Part shown: piece after piece, positions 1 through 12,940 of the stretch
How the letters are laid out: each line of letters starts with the position of its first letter
How positions within the stretch are numbered: position 1 is the stretch's first letter
Source: Lingula anatina
Taxonomy: Eukaryota; Animalia; Brachiopoda
Assembly: GCA_051362555.1 (NCBI GenBank)
Contig: CM120643.1
Coordinates: 21,704,848 to 21,768,847 of the forward strand
Reading direction: 5' to 3'
DNA length: 64,000 bases
Position numbers and translations under genes: made by a program
Notes under the pieces: generated by a model
What the model was told of the DNA's origin: nothing
The model's input: only the letters and a program-made list of their open reading frames with translations
Databases searched by the model: none

Positions 1-252
1 GTTTAAATCACCATTCAAATGTATCAGTTGGTATCCGCCAAATTAAAAAAATGCACATCAGCACGTCGTTCACGTTTCCAAAGGGACCATGCATGCAGTA
101 TCTCTAACCATTGCTTCAACTGTCTAAGTTTGTCTTCTTCACATAGAGCTGAACCTGTTAACATGGCAACCGTCCTTAAGGTTCGAAGTTTCATTTGTTG
201 GAAATATGATCTGTTAGAATATCATTTAACGGTTATTCGCGTCTCGTTGCAG

Positions 253-459
253 GTGAGCCTGATCCAGAAATTGCAGATCAGCGCACCATACAAACTTCCC
301 CAAGCATCGTGTCCATCCACAACCACTCACACTCCAACCACTCCAACCACTTCAACCACTCCAGTCACCATTGGGTCTATATCGTCTGCTGATAGAACGG
401 TTTCTGTTACCATGGCAACCGTTCTGTGTGGCTTGTTCACACTGCTGTCGAGGATGTGA
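253..459 (+). CDS. MOXD1: Terminal coding exon of an upstream MOXD1-like monooxygenase copy (copy 0; rest of gene lies 5' of window)
   Basis: Acceptor ttgcag|GTG at 252/253. Translation VSLIQKLQISAPYKLPQASCP-(Thr/Pro-rich)-IGSISSADRTVSVTMATVLCGLFTLLSRM* aligns with the last exons at 12773-12940, 25850-26044 and 36879-37070. The preceding intron (1-252) resembles 12470-12772. Confidence 0.85.
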   Translation: MSLIQKLQISAPYKLPQASCPSTTTHTPTTPTTSTTPVTIGSISSADRTVSVTMATVLCGLFTLLSRM

Positions 460-993
460 TGCCATACGTCAGCATGCAGGAAACAGCGAATTTATTTAGT
501 TCCAGGATTTCTTTATAATATTCAAGAAGATAAAACCTGTGGGGGTTTTCTACCTAGAGCCTCAATTTACCCAAGACTTTTGACCTTGATGATCACGCGT
601 CTTTGTATTTACCTGCCTCGGAGTTTACATCTGTCTTTTCTTATGATATATGAAGTACATTACTAGTTGTTTATTCGGTCTGTTGTTTGGAATAGGATAT
701 TTAACTTAACATGGATTATCACACACGTTTGGACGTTCATGTGAACCATAATTGAACGTTTTGTGGCTCTTTTTTGACACTTATATTATGAATAAAACTG
801 CAACACAGTGGACTTAGTAACTGGAGTTTGACTCAAATTTTTGCTTCACTACTGCAGCTGTTTTTGATTTTCCTAATAGTATTGTAATATAATCTGACAG
901 TAGATAATTTGCCATTGTTTTTTTCACGCATATTCCTACTACAATATTTGTTAATGGTCTAAACTTTAATTAATCTATTACATTACTCCAGTT

Positions 994-1708
994 GCAGTCA
1001 GCAAATTGGGCTTAGGATAAGCAAAAAGAAGACTGAAGTGATGGCATTAAATATACAATCACCACCACCAGTTGAAGTGGAAGGCTGCATCCTTAATAAC
1101 ACCAGCTGCTTTACATACCTAGGAAGCATTGTAGCCACAGATTGAGGAACCAGTAGAGATGTCAACAACAGACTAACCAAAGCCAGAAATGCCTTTAAGA
1201 GCTTAAACAAAATCTGGAAATGCTCTCAATATAGTATAAAAACCAAACTCCGAATATTTGAGAGCTGTATACTATCAACTCTTCTCTATGGTTCGGAATG
1301 CTGGCGCATAACTGAAGAAGATATTAAAAAGTTGTCTACTTTTCACACTTCAAGCCTCAGAAAAATATTAAAAATATTTTGGCCAAGAACTATATCTAAT
1401 GATGATCTGCTAAAGCAAACAAACCAGAGAAGTATAAGTGAAATCATCAGGACAAGAAGATGGAAATGGATTGGCCATGTTCTGAGGAAAGACCCAAATT
1501 CCACCACTAAAGTAGCCATGTACTGGACACCAGAGGGGCATAGAAAAAGGGGCAGACCCAAGACCACATGGAGGAGGACAGTTGAAGCAGAATTGAAACA
1601 ACTGGGTGAAAGTTGGGGGACAATTCAACACAGCGAGAGACAGAGAGGAGTGGAGGACCTTTGTTGACGCCCTAGACGCCCAACGGCGTAACAGGAGATA
1701 GTAGTAGT
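994..1708 (+). mobile_element. 5'-truncated non-LTR retrotransposon (RTE-clade LINE) fragment, C-terminal RT region, defective
   Basis: Translation contains FTYLGS, TKLRIFESCILSTLLYGSECW, RRWKWIGHVLR and RKRGRPKTTW, typical of RTE ORF C-termini. In-frame TGA at about 1143. (TAG)n 3' tail at about 1699-1708. 12-bp TSD ATTACTCCAGTT at 982-993 and 1709-1720. The paralogous empty site is at about 13533-13552. Confidence 0.9.
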
Positions 1709-3057
1709 ATTACTCCAGTTATGTTTTTACGTGATATATTCAAATTTAGGTCTTGCTTAGTGTACAATTGAGCAACATAATCATTTATTAATAGATATTT
1801 GTCTTATCTAGTGCAAAGTTATTATTGGTTTTACATTTAACATTTAACTTTTTACTGCTTTTACATTTAACTAATTTTTCCAGCTACTTTAGTATACTTT
1901 ATGAATGAACACTTTTTCATTTCATCGCTCTCATTATTTATGTCTCAGGTTGGCGGCATGATTTTATTTTATTTTCTATTAATCTATTATTATTTAAGAT
2001 ATATATCATTTTTTTCCTTCTTGTGGTCCTGTGGCCTCCTACGGCACCTCTCTCCTCTTACCACATTCATCGCATCTACGTGTACTTGTCAGTGTTTCTA
2101 TTTTCTTTTCTTTCTTTTGTGGGGCGTCGGCCTTCATGGTCCCGCGTATATTTCCCACTGTATACTTAATTAGAATTTGTGTTTTACTTACAATTCATGT
2201 AATTACCTTAATCTTTGTCTTAGTATAAAAATCACTTTTTTGATGTTTGGTATAATTTGTGTTGTATTTATAGACAATGTCTATATCAAAGCATCTCCGT
2301 GCCATAATAAATATTGTAAACCACCAGCCTGCCTCTAGTATTTTTTTCTCTCTCTCTCCTTTATTACGAATTAAAATACGAATGAGTTAGCCAGCTTGGG
2401 TGTCTGTCGCTTAAATTATACATGTATGGCCGATGCTGTTCACCTTCAACCATAGTTGCTTGATTCCCGGTATAAAACAATTACAATCACAGAAGTTCTT
2501 AACGCGCAAGTGTTCATGGAATTTGTCACAAGGAATGATGACAAGCGTTTTGTACGTGAACATAAACAAGACCGAAGTTTGCGTATAGTGTAACCATTTG
2601 TACCGAACAAAAATTCATCTTAGATAAAATTTACTTATATCTCAAATATCCCCTTTATCGCTAAATAAACAATAGCAGGAAGTCTACATCAATACGAAAA
2701 GACTTTACCTCATATTCAACATCAAATATAGGTTCTAATGTTGGCATTGGGAGTACAGATTTACGTACTTTTCTAATGGGAAAAATAATTTGGTGGAAAA
2801 TCTAATGAGCATAAATTATATGGAATTAGAAATATTATAACAAGCAACAGGAAGTCAAAACAATTAATCTAATTACCATCAGTTTGAGTTCGAATGCTAA
2901 TAACAATTTCTTGCCAAATATTTTGGGATATTGAATTAGTGCACTGCGGTACTGGTTTGAGTTGTTTAAATTAAGTTTCATTGCCCATTCGTCTTACTAC
3001 TGAATATGTACGTTGTACAAGTAATTAATGGTGAGACAACTGCGCACTTCTCACAGT

Positions 3058-3565
3058 GCTATAAAAGGGAAACAAGAGGCCGCCACTTTCCTCTGCAAAT
3101 GTTTCGTTACAGCTATTTATAATAATAATAACAATAATAAAACAAGTAAAAAACATTCCAATCTAGAGGCAATAGTTTTATATGTATTGAATAAAAGTAC
3201 TATCAGCTGGGATGCATTTATAACAGTCACTAATAAGGGCATAAACAACATTTTTCGTGTTTTATGCCCTCTCTCAGGACTGCAAAGTTGTGAGTATTCC
3301 TTCTCTTACATTTATAAGAGTCATTAAATAGAGCGGGTAAATAGTGAGTACAAAAAGGGCCTTATGTCTTTCGCGATATTTGTGTACCCTCACACTCGTA
3401 CGTCACAAGGACAGCCTTTCATCGACACTAACAACCCAGTTTCTAATGCAGCATCCCGTCACGACCCTAGTTATTACTGAGGCTGGCATTTTATAACAGA
3501 AAAGTTTAAGCTGCCAATCAATTATTTATAAAAACGTGTTTAACGTGCTGGGAACTTTTTAGCAG
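3058..3565 (+). promoter_or_regulatory. Putative TATA box and 5'UTR exon/intron of MOXD1-like copy 1
   Basis: GCTATAAAAGGG at 3058-3069, with counterparts at about 14986 and 27409. Conserved G|GTAAA donor-like site (about 3336, 15702, 28147). Conserved TTTAGCAG acceptor just upstream of the ATG in all three copies. Confidence 0.35.
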
Positions 3566-3598
3566 TTTGGAGTTAACATTGAAGTCAGTGTTTCTAAA

Positions 3599-6500
3599 AT
3601 GCTGGTTTTCAGAGTTCTACCACTTCTTGTCGCACTCGCCATACCGAGTTTGGCGGATTTCACTCACCATGTGGTACTTAAGGATGACGTCTTCTTTTTA
3701 TCCTGGAAATTCGACAATGAAACTATCACGTTTGAGACCCAGGTTCGTACCACAGGCTATATAGGACTTGGATTCTCTCCCAATGGGGGTATGACAGGGG
3801 CGGATATCGTTATCGGATGGGTGAAAGATGGGACGGCGTACTTGAAGGTAAACGGGTTATGGTACATTTATAGTTAATTTTCTTTTTGTGTGTTTTGAAG
3901 TGGTATTGGTAAACTGTATTTTTTCAGCAGAATTATAACGACTAAAACGTTCATTTGTTTTAAAAAAGAAAAATCAGCAAGAGGCATTTCTTGGACTATG
4001 GAGGAGGCTGTTAAGCGGACGCACTTTTTCTGCTTTTTGCCATGTATTAAATATTAACTGCTAGAAACCAAATATTGAATAATGATTCCGGTCAACATTT
4101 ACGTTTATTGAATGTGTTACTAATCTTAATGCACATGCGCACTTTTGAATCTGACCCAGTGTTAGAGTTCTAGGTCCCCTTATCCCGCAAAACAACTTAT
4201 CTTTGTCAATTCAAGCCGCACAAAAACACCCTAAAATGCTTGATAACTATATTTCCAGCTACAAAGTACAGGAAAGTTTTCTCTGTGTAGTCCTAACGGA
4301 ACAACCTAAAGTCAAGCAAGTGCTTATATTTCTTATCAGTCCCTTTATCGGGATGTTTTGACCTCGATCAAATGCTTATCCAGATAACTGAATCAGAAAA
4401 TGAGGTTTATCCTATCAAAAAAAGGTGCGCGTCTCCTTTTAAGTTTAAGTACAGCATATCTTTCAAACTGTTCAATTAACTTAAACGTAAGTTCTTTCAA
4501 ACAACCGAAAAAGTGTCTCCCCTTCACTATCCAAAATAAAAAAAAAATCCGAAATTTGATTTTTAGTAAAATGTTGTGTTCGCGTTAAACTTAGTTTCTG
4601 CTCGTTATTTAGTTATTCATTTTTTATGCAACCAACATGCCGAACGCCTTGAAAATCTACTATGCCCTGTGCGATCCGTTCAGTGAAAGGTGTAGTACGA
4701 CCTTTTTGTAACTTTTATCCTTTAGCCATATCACTTTTTAATACAAAGTCGTAAAATCTCTTATTCATAAAAAATACTTTTTATTAATGAGACTTTTTAC
4801 AGGGCAAAGTATTTCCGACATTGTATATTTTCTGTATTTATTGGTTAAATATACCTTCATCTTATCTGAGTATTAGGAGACCTTGAGCTATGCTCCCCAG
4901 TTCAAATAGTGTCATCCCTAGTGCAGTGTGGAAAGTGATACAGAAAATCAGGTTATGAACCAATGTTTTATTCAACTTCTAAAATACTTGTTTCACAATA
5001 ATTTATTGCTTATACAACTAATGGATAAGGCAACGACAATAAAAAAATCAAAGCCATATTCCAGTATTTTAATATTAATATTAATATTAATACTTAAAAG
5101 AATCGTCTGGATTGGGGGATATACTGACGCGTCTGTGCGTGGGGTCAAAAAGTTTTGTTACTTTTGCAGAGTGATGGCGTTCCACACACATAAGATAAGA
5201 GTTTATTCAGACATTGATATACAAATTAAAGTTAACATATAACGGAATTGGATTGCTTTTCGGGTGAAGTGAATAAAGTATAAGGTAACAATATAGTTTT
5301 TAAAATATTGTTGCTAAAATTACCATTTTTTGTTCTTAAAACTAGAGACAGCAGATAGATAAAAACTATTTAAAAACCTTTTGGATCCTTTAAAACTTAA
5401 AATTCTACAGTAACGTTGCAAATATAGTATGAGGTCATTTTTGTTATAAGTTGATGTGCAGACCTTAACAGATAAGTTCAAATTATATTATAAACACAGT
5501 AGGCCACACTTCACAGCACTATGTTTGCTGTTTCGAACATGCTGGTATAATCACCAGCTTTTCTATATTCCACTCAACTTAATCTGTTAATCTGATTGCA
5601 TTCAGCGAGAGTCCCCGCGGATTGAATCAATCTACGTAGAACGATAGCTTCATTGGAAGTGAGTCTTGTGACATTTCATACATTTTAACATTTACTTTAA
5701 ATATTCATGTATAAAGTCCTTCTGCGACGACATGCTTTAGGTTAAATGCTGGTCGATGATGGTGTTATAAAAAACAAATACATCTCTTAATTTCTTGGGC
5801 GAACGCTGGAGCAGGAAACATGCTTTCTAAACTATAATTGTGCAACCTTTAAAAGCGTCGAATATATTTCATACCATGCCATTCTAAGAATAGATATAAT
5901 GGTACTACATTTCTAATTTCATACAGCTTTATGCAAAAACTTTGTTGCTTGCTTGCTTTTGAGTATATCATAATCGCATAGCTTCTTTTATCCATATTTT
6001 AGGATTGCTACGCGACAGCGAAGCAAATGCCCTCTATTGACAAGAGCCAAGATGTGGAGCTGATCTCTGGCAGTGAGAACAGCACCTTTACGACATTACG
6101 CTTTACGCGTAGACTGGACACATGTGATAGTAAAGATAACAAGATAACAGTGAGTGTTAGGAATATTTCCTGGTAACGTTGAACTACAAATATTTTTTAT
6201 ATGTGATTGCTATAATTATTTTGGTGCGCACCTCAGAAACATCCTGTAAACATGTTTGTTATCGAAGTAATATATTGTATATCTGCCCTATTTTCCACAA
6301 TAAATCAAAAGGTAAACAAACAATTAAAATATGATTATAGTAAATAAGAAAAATTATATTCTATATTTTTATAAGAGATTCTTACACATAAGTATGGTGT
6401 ACGTTTAATAATTTTTCTCTATTTTCTCATGTAATGCACACAGGGAGCAGGACAACAAAAACGTTTTATAAAAAGGCCGATGTGCACAGAAATTATATAA

Positions 6501-8176
6501 GATATTAAATATTATCAATTTTGACAAATGATGTGCTTGGAATGGTTGTTCAATATGCCAGAAGTTGTTTGTTTCTTTCATGGATAAATAAATCTCACTG
6601 ATTTGAGAAAGAAGGATGGCAGAACCCCTTCTCTTAAAAATTTGGACTCGTTTTTTATTTAAAAAGATGAGAGAGAAAAAAAAACAGTTTATTTCAAGCC
6701 TGTCGTAATTTTTGATAAATGTACTCAATATAAAATAATTTTCATTTCAGCAAAGTACCATGCGCTTTATTTGGGCTTACCACGATTCAGACCCCCTGAC
6801 TCAGACGGACTTTCTGTACCATGGGAACGTGAACCGTGGAGCAAAGAGCATGTTCCTTTTGGACCCCGCTGATAATCCAGTTAACACTGTCACTATACCA
6901 AACGATGCATATACCTTGGAGTTTCTAAATAATAAGGTAGATGAATTGTGTGGATGATAAGTATTTTAAAAGACCGACGTTGTGCGTTCTCGACCCTAAA
7001 CCTTTCACTAGGTAATGACCTGGACGGATTGTATTATTGATTCTAATTATTAATGGCCAAGACCATTCACCCATATATTATAATACTGTATCTTACACTA
7101 CCAGGTTCAAGTACCTTCAACTTCCGACACAACATATTGGTGTTCCGGCTTCACGCTGCCCAGTTTCAGTAACGTTCATCACATGATTAAGGTATGTTCA
7201 ATACTCCATTTTACACTGAAGTATATATCTAAACGACCTTTTTGTTTTGGTTTGAAACCAAAGGGGCACAACGTGTCAAAGTATGACAAATATCAAACGC
7301 ATGGGTAATTCAAACACTCCCATCATCACTTTGTACCCTTTGTACGACGCCCTATTTTTACATGTAGTAATCTCAATTGCACATTATTTCATTATGAATA
7401 TAAAATGTTTTAATGAAAAAAAATAATTTTCTTTTTGTTTGGTTGAAATCTGACCTCGAACAGTCGATTTATTTGCTAGAAGCAAATAAACAATTGCAAT
7501 GCATATACCGGCACATTCTCATACATATAATGCTCATATATAATCTAGGCAGAGCCGATAGTTCAAACCGGGAACGAAGCACTTGTGCATCACTTTATTG
7601 TGTATGCCTGCAACCATCAGTTCAACTTCACCGACCACGCCAATTATAGTAGAGATTGCACGGGCAGGGGAAATATGCCTCCAGATCTTGAATTATGCCA
7701 ACAAATGCTGATGGCGTGGGCGGTTGGAGGAGAGGTGAGTATCAACAGAGTGTATATTTTGATGTTAGACAAAACTTTGTATATTTATGCAATCACTAAA
7801 AGAGCATTAGTATAGATATCGAATTTTATAAATTGTCTAATTTAATAATTGATCTATCAATGTTAACAGGTTCAGGTGTATCCAGAGAATGTTGGCTTTC
7901 CATTTGGAGGTGAAGGTGATCCCACTTTCATTTTGTTGGAAACCCACTATGACAACCCAGCTCTGAGAAATGGTGAGTGGATACCATGCGTCTACAGATC
8001 GTTTTCAGGAATATTATATACTTTTTCGTGTATTGGTTTCGGGTTTTGGTTATCTCTGGCGAAGCTTGGACAACATTTTCTGTTACTTTACTGCAATCTG
8101 TTTTCTTCTTCCAACTTCCGTTCATTATTTCTGAACATATAACGTAAATCTGTGAGAGTAGTTGAAGAAGTTGCTT

Positions 8177-8235
<59 letters not shown>

Positions 8236-10040
8236 TGTGTCCACTGCACGTGTGATTATAATATCCTTTTGCAAAACATGGTATAATGATCACATCTAGT
8301 CAATTAGTTTTATTTCCAAGTGCAGTAATTCCAGTTTCAACACCCCATGCTTCAATTCCACCATCGTTTGAAAAAAATTACCCAGTGAGTATAACCTTAC
8401 ACTAAAATGAAAAAAATCTGTCGCTAAATAAGTTGCATTATACTTATTTTTAAAATTGCCTTTTTTTTTTTAGTTTTGAGAGTCCTTTTCACGATTTAGG
8501 GTTTCAATAATTTCAGATTACGTGGACTCATCTGGTGTGCGTTTTACCTTAATACCACGTCGTCGACAGTATGATGCAGGGATAATGGACGTTGGCGTTA
8601 TGGTCTCTAGAAACCACGTCATTCCACCATACTATGACGAATTCTACAGCTGGGGACAGTGCTCTGATTGTATGGAAAGTGTAAGATAATACTAATCAAA
8701 ATATTTTAAAGTTTCAAAGTGTGCCAAAAAAGTTAAAGCACTTCTATTGTGCTAGCAATAGAACTGCAAATCAATGCAAGCAAAACTCAAAACGGTATTT
8801 AAAAATATTTGTAAAAAATGTACATTATGTTTTGAAAATATCTACATTTTATAATGGATAAAACCATGTTGTCTATTGTTATCATTAGATGAGACAAACT
8901 AGCACTGTTTGGTGTGGCAAATGCTACCATTATTACAAACGGTCTCTTTGTGAGCCATTTTTACAACGATTCTGAACGTTCTTTTATTGTTTTGGAGACA
9001 CTTTGACCAAACAACTCCCATAGTAACAACTCACACCTCTAAACTCTTATATGCAGGGTTTAGAAAACGTACCATTGGGAATCAACGTGTTTGCTGCGGT
9101 GCTGCACGCGCATTTGGCGGGAACTGCTATTTACCTACGCCACTTCCGGGATGGAGTAGAATTTCCGTATTTGGCATACGACGAGAATTACGACTTTAAC
9201 TATCAGGAGTACAGATATTTCAAAGAACCGAAGAAAATAATGCCAGTGACTAAACCTTTTTAATGTCTTTATACAACTTTAAATTGATATAGTGAAGACT
9301 AGACACTTATAAACTCCCAAATGTTGTTTGCTGATGCATTTATCTGAGTTCGTCCAGTAGTTGGTCCTCTAGGTGAAGTAAAGCTGGTTTAAATAATATC
9401 TTTCCAGAATTTTAAAGCCAAAAAGAATTTTCCTCAATAAACGTGATTTAAATGTTTAAATAAGGACATGCTAATAATTATTGCAACTCGGGCTTCATGG
9501 TACTAAATGCTATTGCGTGATTAATTTACTTGTCTTCTGTGTATATTGATTATATGTATACCGATCATGCATTAAATCTAATTTTAATTTCAAAATGCAC
9601 TTTGTTTCAGAATGATGATTTGGTCACCCATTGCAAATACAGGAGCAGTGATCGAACTTATGTCACATGGGTGAGATACTGTACATACACCTGTACATAA
9701 CCAGTGTGATAACTTCTACCAGTTATTATTTTGTTATACCTGTGACAATACATTAGAGATGGCAGAACTGACTTCCACACTGTACCTGAACATAATATAC
9801 TGTAGGCATTTAAATTAACATGATTGTAAGAGGTGCTTTGAAAATACTGGTATTCAGGTAGTACTGACGCAAAAATTTAGATTCTATTCATTGTAGGGAG
9901 GACTTGGAACTAAAGAGGAAATGTGCCTGGCGTTCATAATATACTACCCACGAGTAAAGCTGACGAACTGCATCAGCGTCCCTCTGCAGTCGGAGCTGAT
10001 CAAAATAGCCCCACAGTTGACGTCATCGTAAGTGATATCA

Positions 10041-10117
<77 letters not shown>

Positions 10118-12940
10118 CTTGACATTTAATATGGAATATTTTTTCCAAATCATAAATCATCAGTTTTTTTCCTGTTTTGGTGACTGATAAATGAAAATAA
10201 TGATTACAGTCGTGTTTTAATAACTTTTAATAATCTCTTTATTGTCATTTTGACATCAGTTCATTTATTGAATTCGCCAGTGAAGCAAACAAAAATACAT
10301 TGCCTTTTCTATGTCATACGACAACCGTTGAAAACGATATTTTAGATCTCCATATTTTCCAAACTATCGTCTTTAAAAGAGTTACACGCCCCACAAAAGA
10401 CCCTCATATCAGTGTCTAGTCACAGCAACAGTCGCTGTTACGCCTGACCTCATCTGGCCGCTACCAGAGCTGTCAAGCGGCAAGGAATTCCATGGGATAG
10501 GTTTTTAGAGTTTAATCTGGAATAAAATTTCAGGGAACAGTCAAAACTTGTTCAATTTGGTTCAGTTTTGTTGTAGGGCATGTAGGCCGTTGATTCGGCG
10601 AGTAATGACCCACCCACATATTGTCTATGTGGTTCAAAAATGGCGATTTTGATGACCAAGGTAGCTGCTCATTCCTTTGGTTCTGTAAGTTATTTGCTAT
10701 TAAAAGTGCTCTGTGTGAACCGGCAATCTCATCGTGCAACCTAAAACTGTTCCTAAGGTCTCCAGTATCAAATTATACCACATTGGTTCCCAGATTATTC
10801 CTTTATTTGATTTGGTTCAGGTTTTCGTCGATGACTACCATTGGTGCTTTGGCACCAATGTGGTATCTACTCCAAATACTGGTGCTGTCAATGACCCTAG
10901 TCACTTTAGAAGCAGCACACGCTTCGTCGAAGGACTCATCAGGATGTCTATTTACTCTGTTTTGACCAGTTGGGCAGTACAGGTGAAATCTGACCTCAAT
11001 AAAGAAAGCCACGCAGTTTCAGTGTTCTACCCAGAAACGATCATGGCCCCCAATTCATTAGAGAAACAGACGACGCTGTTTTGCTGTTAACAGTGGCTAA
11101 CTCAGAGGTCGTCTTGTATCCTAACCTGCTGAAACCAGTATGGTGTTCGTTAAATGCCTTGAAAAACGCGTTTTGGTGGTAATTTGCCCCTCATTCTGAA
11201 CGGACTAGGTGGCTTTTGTTTAGTTACAGCAGCATATCCAGAAGGACAGTGCGTCCTGCACAGTGGTGGTAAGATTTCGATACATTGAGCGTGGCTTCTG
11301 TGTAGGTACATCAGTTTTGGCATAACTCTATAAAACTGTGCGGACCATACCGTGTGACACAATAGTCCGTCTGGCAATGTCTGTTTTTTTCTCTCCATTC
11401 TGGCACAGATCAACAATTTTGTAAAACACTGCTTAACTCATTTTACGCAATGCAAAACCGACCGCTTGCATGCAAAATTTCAAATTCGTAGATGCAGCAG
11501 TTGTCGACATATGGATACTTTTTGGCAGAACCATGCTTCGCCAAAGCCAAGCTTTGACCAGCCCAAAGGAGCACTACCCAATTAAATTACTGCATAATAC
11601 AAAATGTAGCAATGCAACAGACAGAGTTGTCAGTTAATTGGTAGCGACACACCTGACTAGACACTTCTCCAGTTAGATATCTAATAGGAGATCTTAGTTT
11701 TTTTTTAAAGAACGCATTTTACCAAGATATACCTTTGAAAGTGAAATATTCCATATTAAATGTCAAGTCTGTATATATATATATATATAATTGCTCCATC
11801 CAGTTGTAGTTTCGAAAAAAAAATTGAAAATTGAAAGACATACTAGACAAGCATATTGTTTGAGACCAGACAATTACCCTATTTTGTGTACATTGTTTTG
11901 GACAGGGTATACTGTAGGGTTTACCAAAATGTTTCTTGATGCTCATGGCACCCACACCTCTTATACCAGAACAGGTATCAGATGGCAAGCACGCATTGCA
12001 CAATAAAATTCTCCACCTCGTACATTCTTCACGAGAGTGGCGTAATCTTCAGTAGGTCTGTACGTTTTCTTGACTATAATTGACTATAATTGTAATTTGC
12101 CACTGGTGTGGTTAAACAGCATGATACTTATTATCTTTCTTTGTGGAATTCTAGGTCCGATGACAATGGCTACAGTGTAATTATCCAAGCACCATCGCAA
12201 TACGCAGGACGTAGATTTCATGATGTTATGGAAAACTTGGTCAACTGGCAAGACGGCAAGGCTCGTGATAGATTCCAAGCTCTTGAGATGAATTCCACTC
12301 GAATGCAGATTTGTACTGGAACAAATGGATATGGACACGTAAGTGTAATTCGATATTATATTCAGTACAATTTACCGAGAACAGTCCGTTCTAAATGCAA
12401 GGTATATACTGCATTTCATTTGGATCAGTTAGTGACGAAGGAAATATCTACAGTGCATGAGCAATAAAGTTTACATCACCATTCAAAATGGTATCTGTCG
12501 GTATACGCCAAATCCAAGGTAAAAAAATGCAGAGCAACAAGGGGCTCACGTTGCCGAAGGCATCGAGCTTGCAGTCTCTTCAACCATTGTTTCAACTATA
12601 GGTATCAACTATAGATATCTATAGGTATCGCTTCTATCAGTTTGTATCATCTTCAGGTAGAGATGAACCAGTTAACATGGCAACTCATCCTTCGGGCTTT
12701 GAAATGTCACGTTTTTTTTGGTTATTTGGTCAGTAAGTGTGTGATTTAAATGGTATGTGCGTCTCATTGCAGAGAAACTTGATCCAGAAATTGCAGATCA
12801 GCGCGCCTTACAAGATACCACAAGCATCCTGCCCAGCCACTCTGGTCAGTATTGGCTCTATATCGTTTGCTGATAAACCCGTTTATGTCACCATGGCAAC
12901 GATTCTATGTACCTTGTTCTCACCTCTGTTAAAGATGTGA
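3599..12940 (+). CDS. MOXD1: DBH-like monooxygenase (MOXD1-like) copy 1, 12 coding exons, about 617 aa
   Basis: Exons 3599-3847, 6003-6149, 6751-6936, 7105-7191, 7549-7734, 7870-7972, 8517-8680, 9057-9245, 9611-9670, 9897-10027, 12155-12338, 12773-12940. All GT-AG and frame-consistent (1854 nt). Signal peptide; DOMON motif GYIGLGFSPNGGMTGADIVIGW; CuH ligands VHH and ETHYDNP; CuM ligands HAH and EEMC; YDFNYQ motif. Confidence 0.92.
8178..8232. repeat. (TA)n microsatellite in intron 6 of copy 1
   Basis: Direct inspection. Confidence 0.9.
10114..11771 (-). mobile_element. Decayed Tc1/mariner DNA transposon in intron 10 of copy 1
   Basis: 28-bp TIRs CAGACTTGACATTTAATATGGAATATTT (10114-10141, inverted at 11744-11771), flanked by (TA)n. 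Broken minus-strand frames resemble the Tc1 DDE domain: FFIEVRFHL..GQNRVNRHPDE (cf. FSDESRF..GRVRV) and LPWSSKSPFLNHIDNMW (cf. WPAQSPDLNPIENLW). Absent from the same intron of copies 2 and 3. Confidence 0.85.

Noticed and set aside
19-252. N-terminal part of the 146-aa ORF 19..459
   Set aside because: Intronic read-through; only 253-459 aligns with paralog coding exons.
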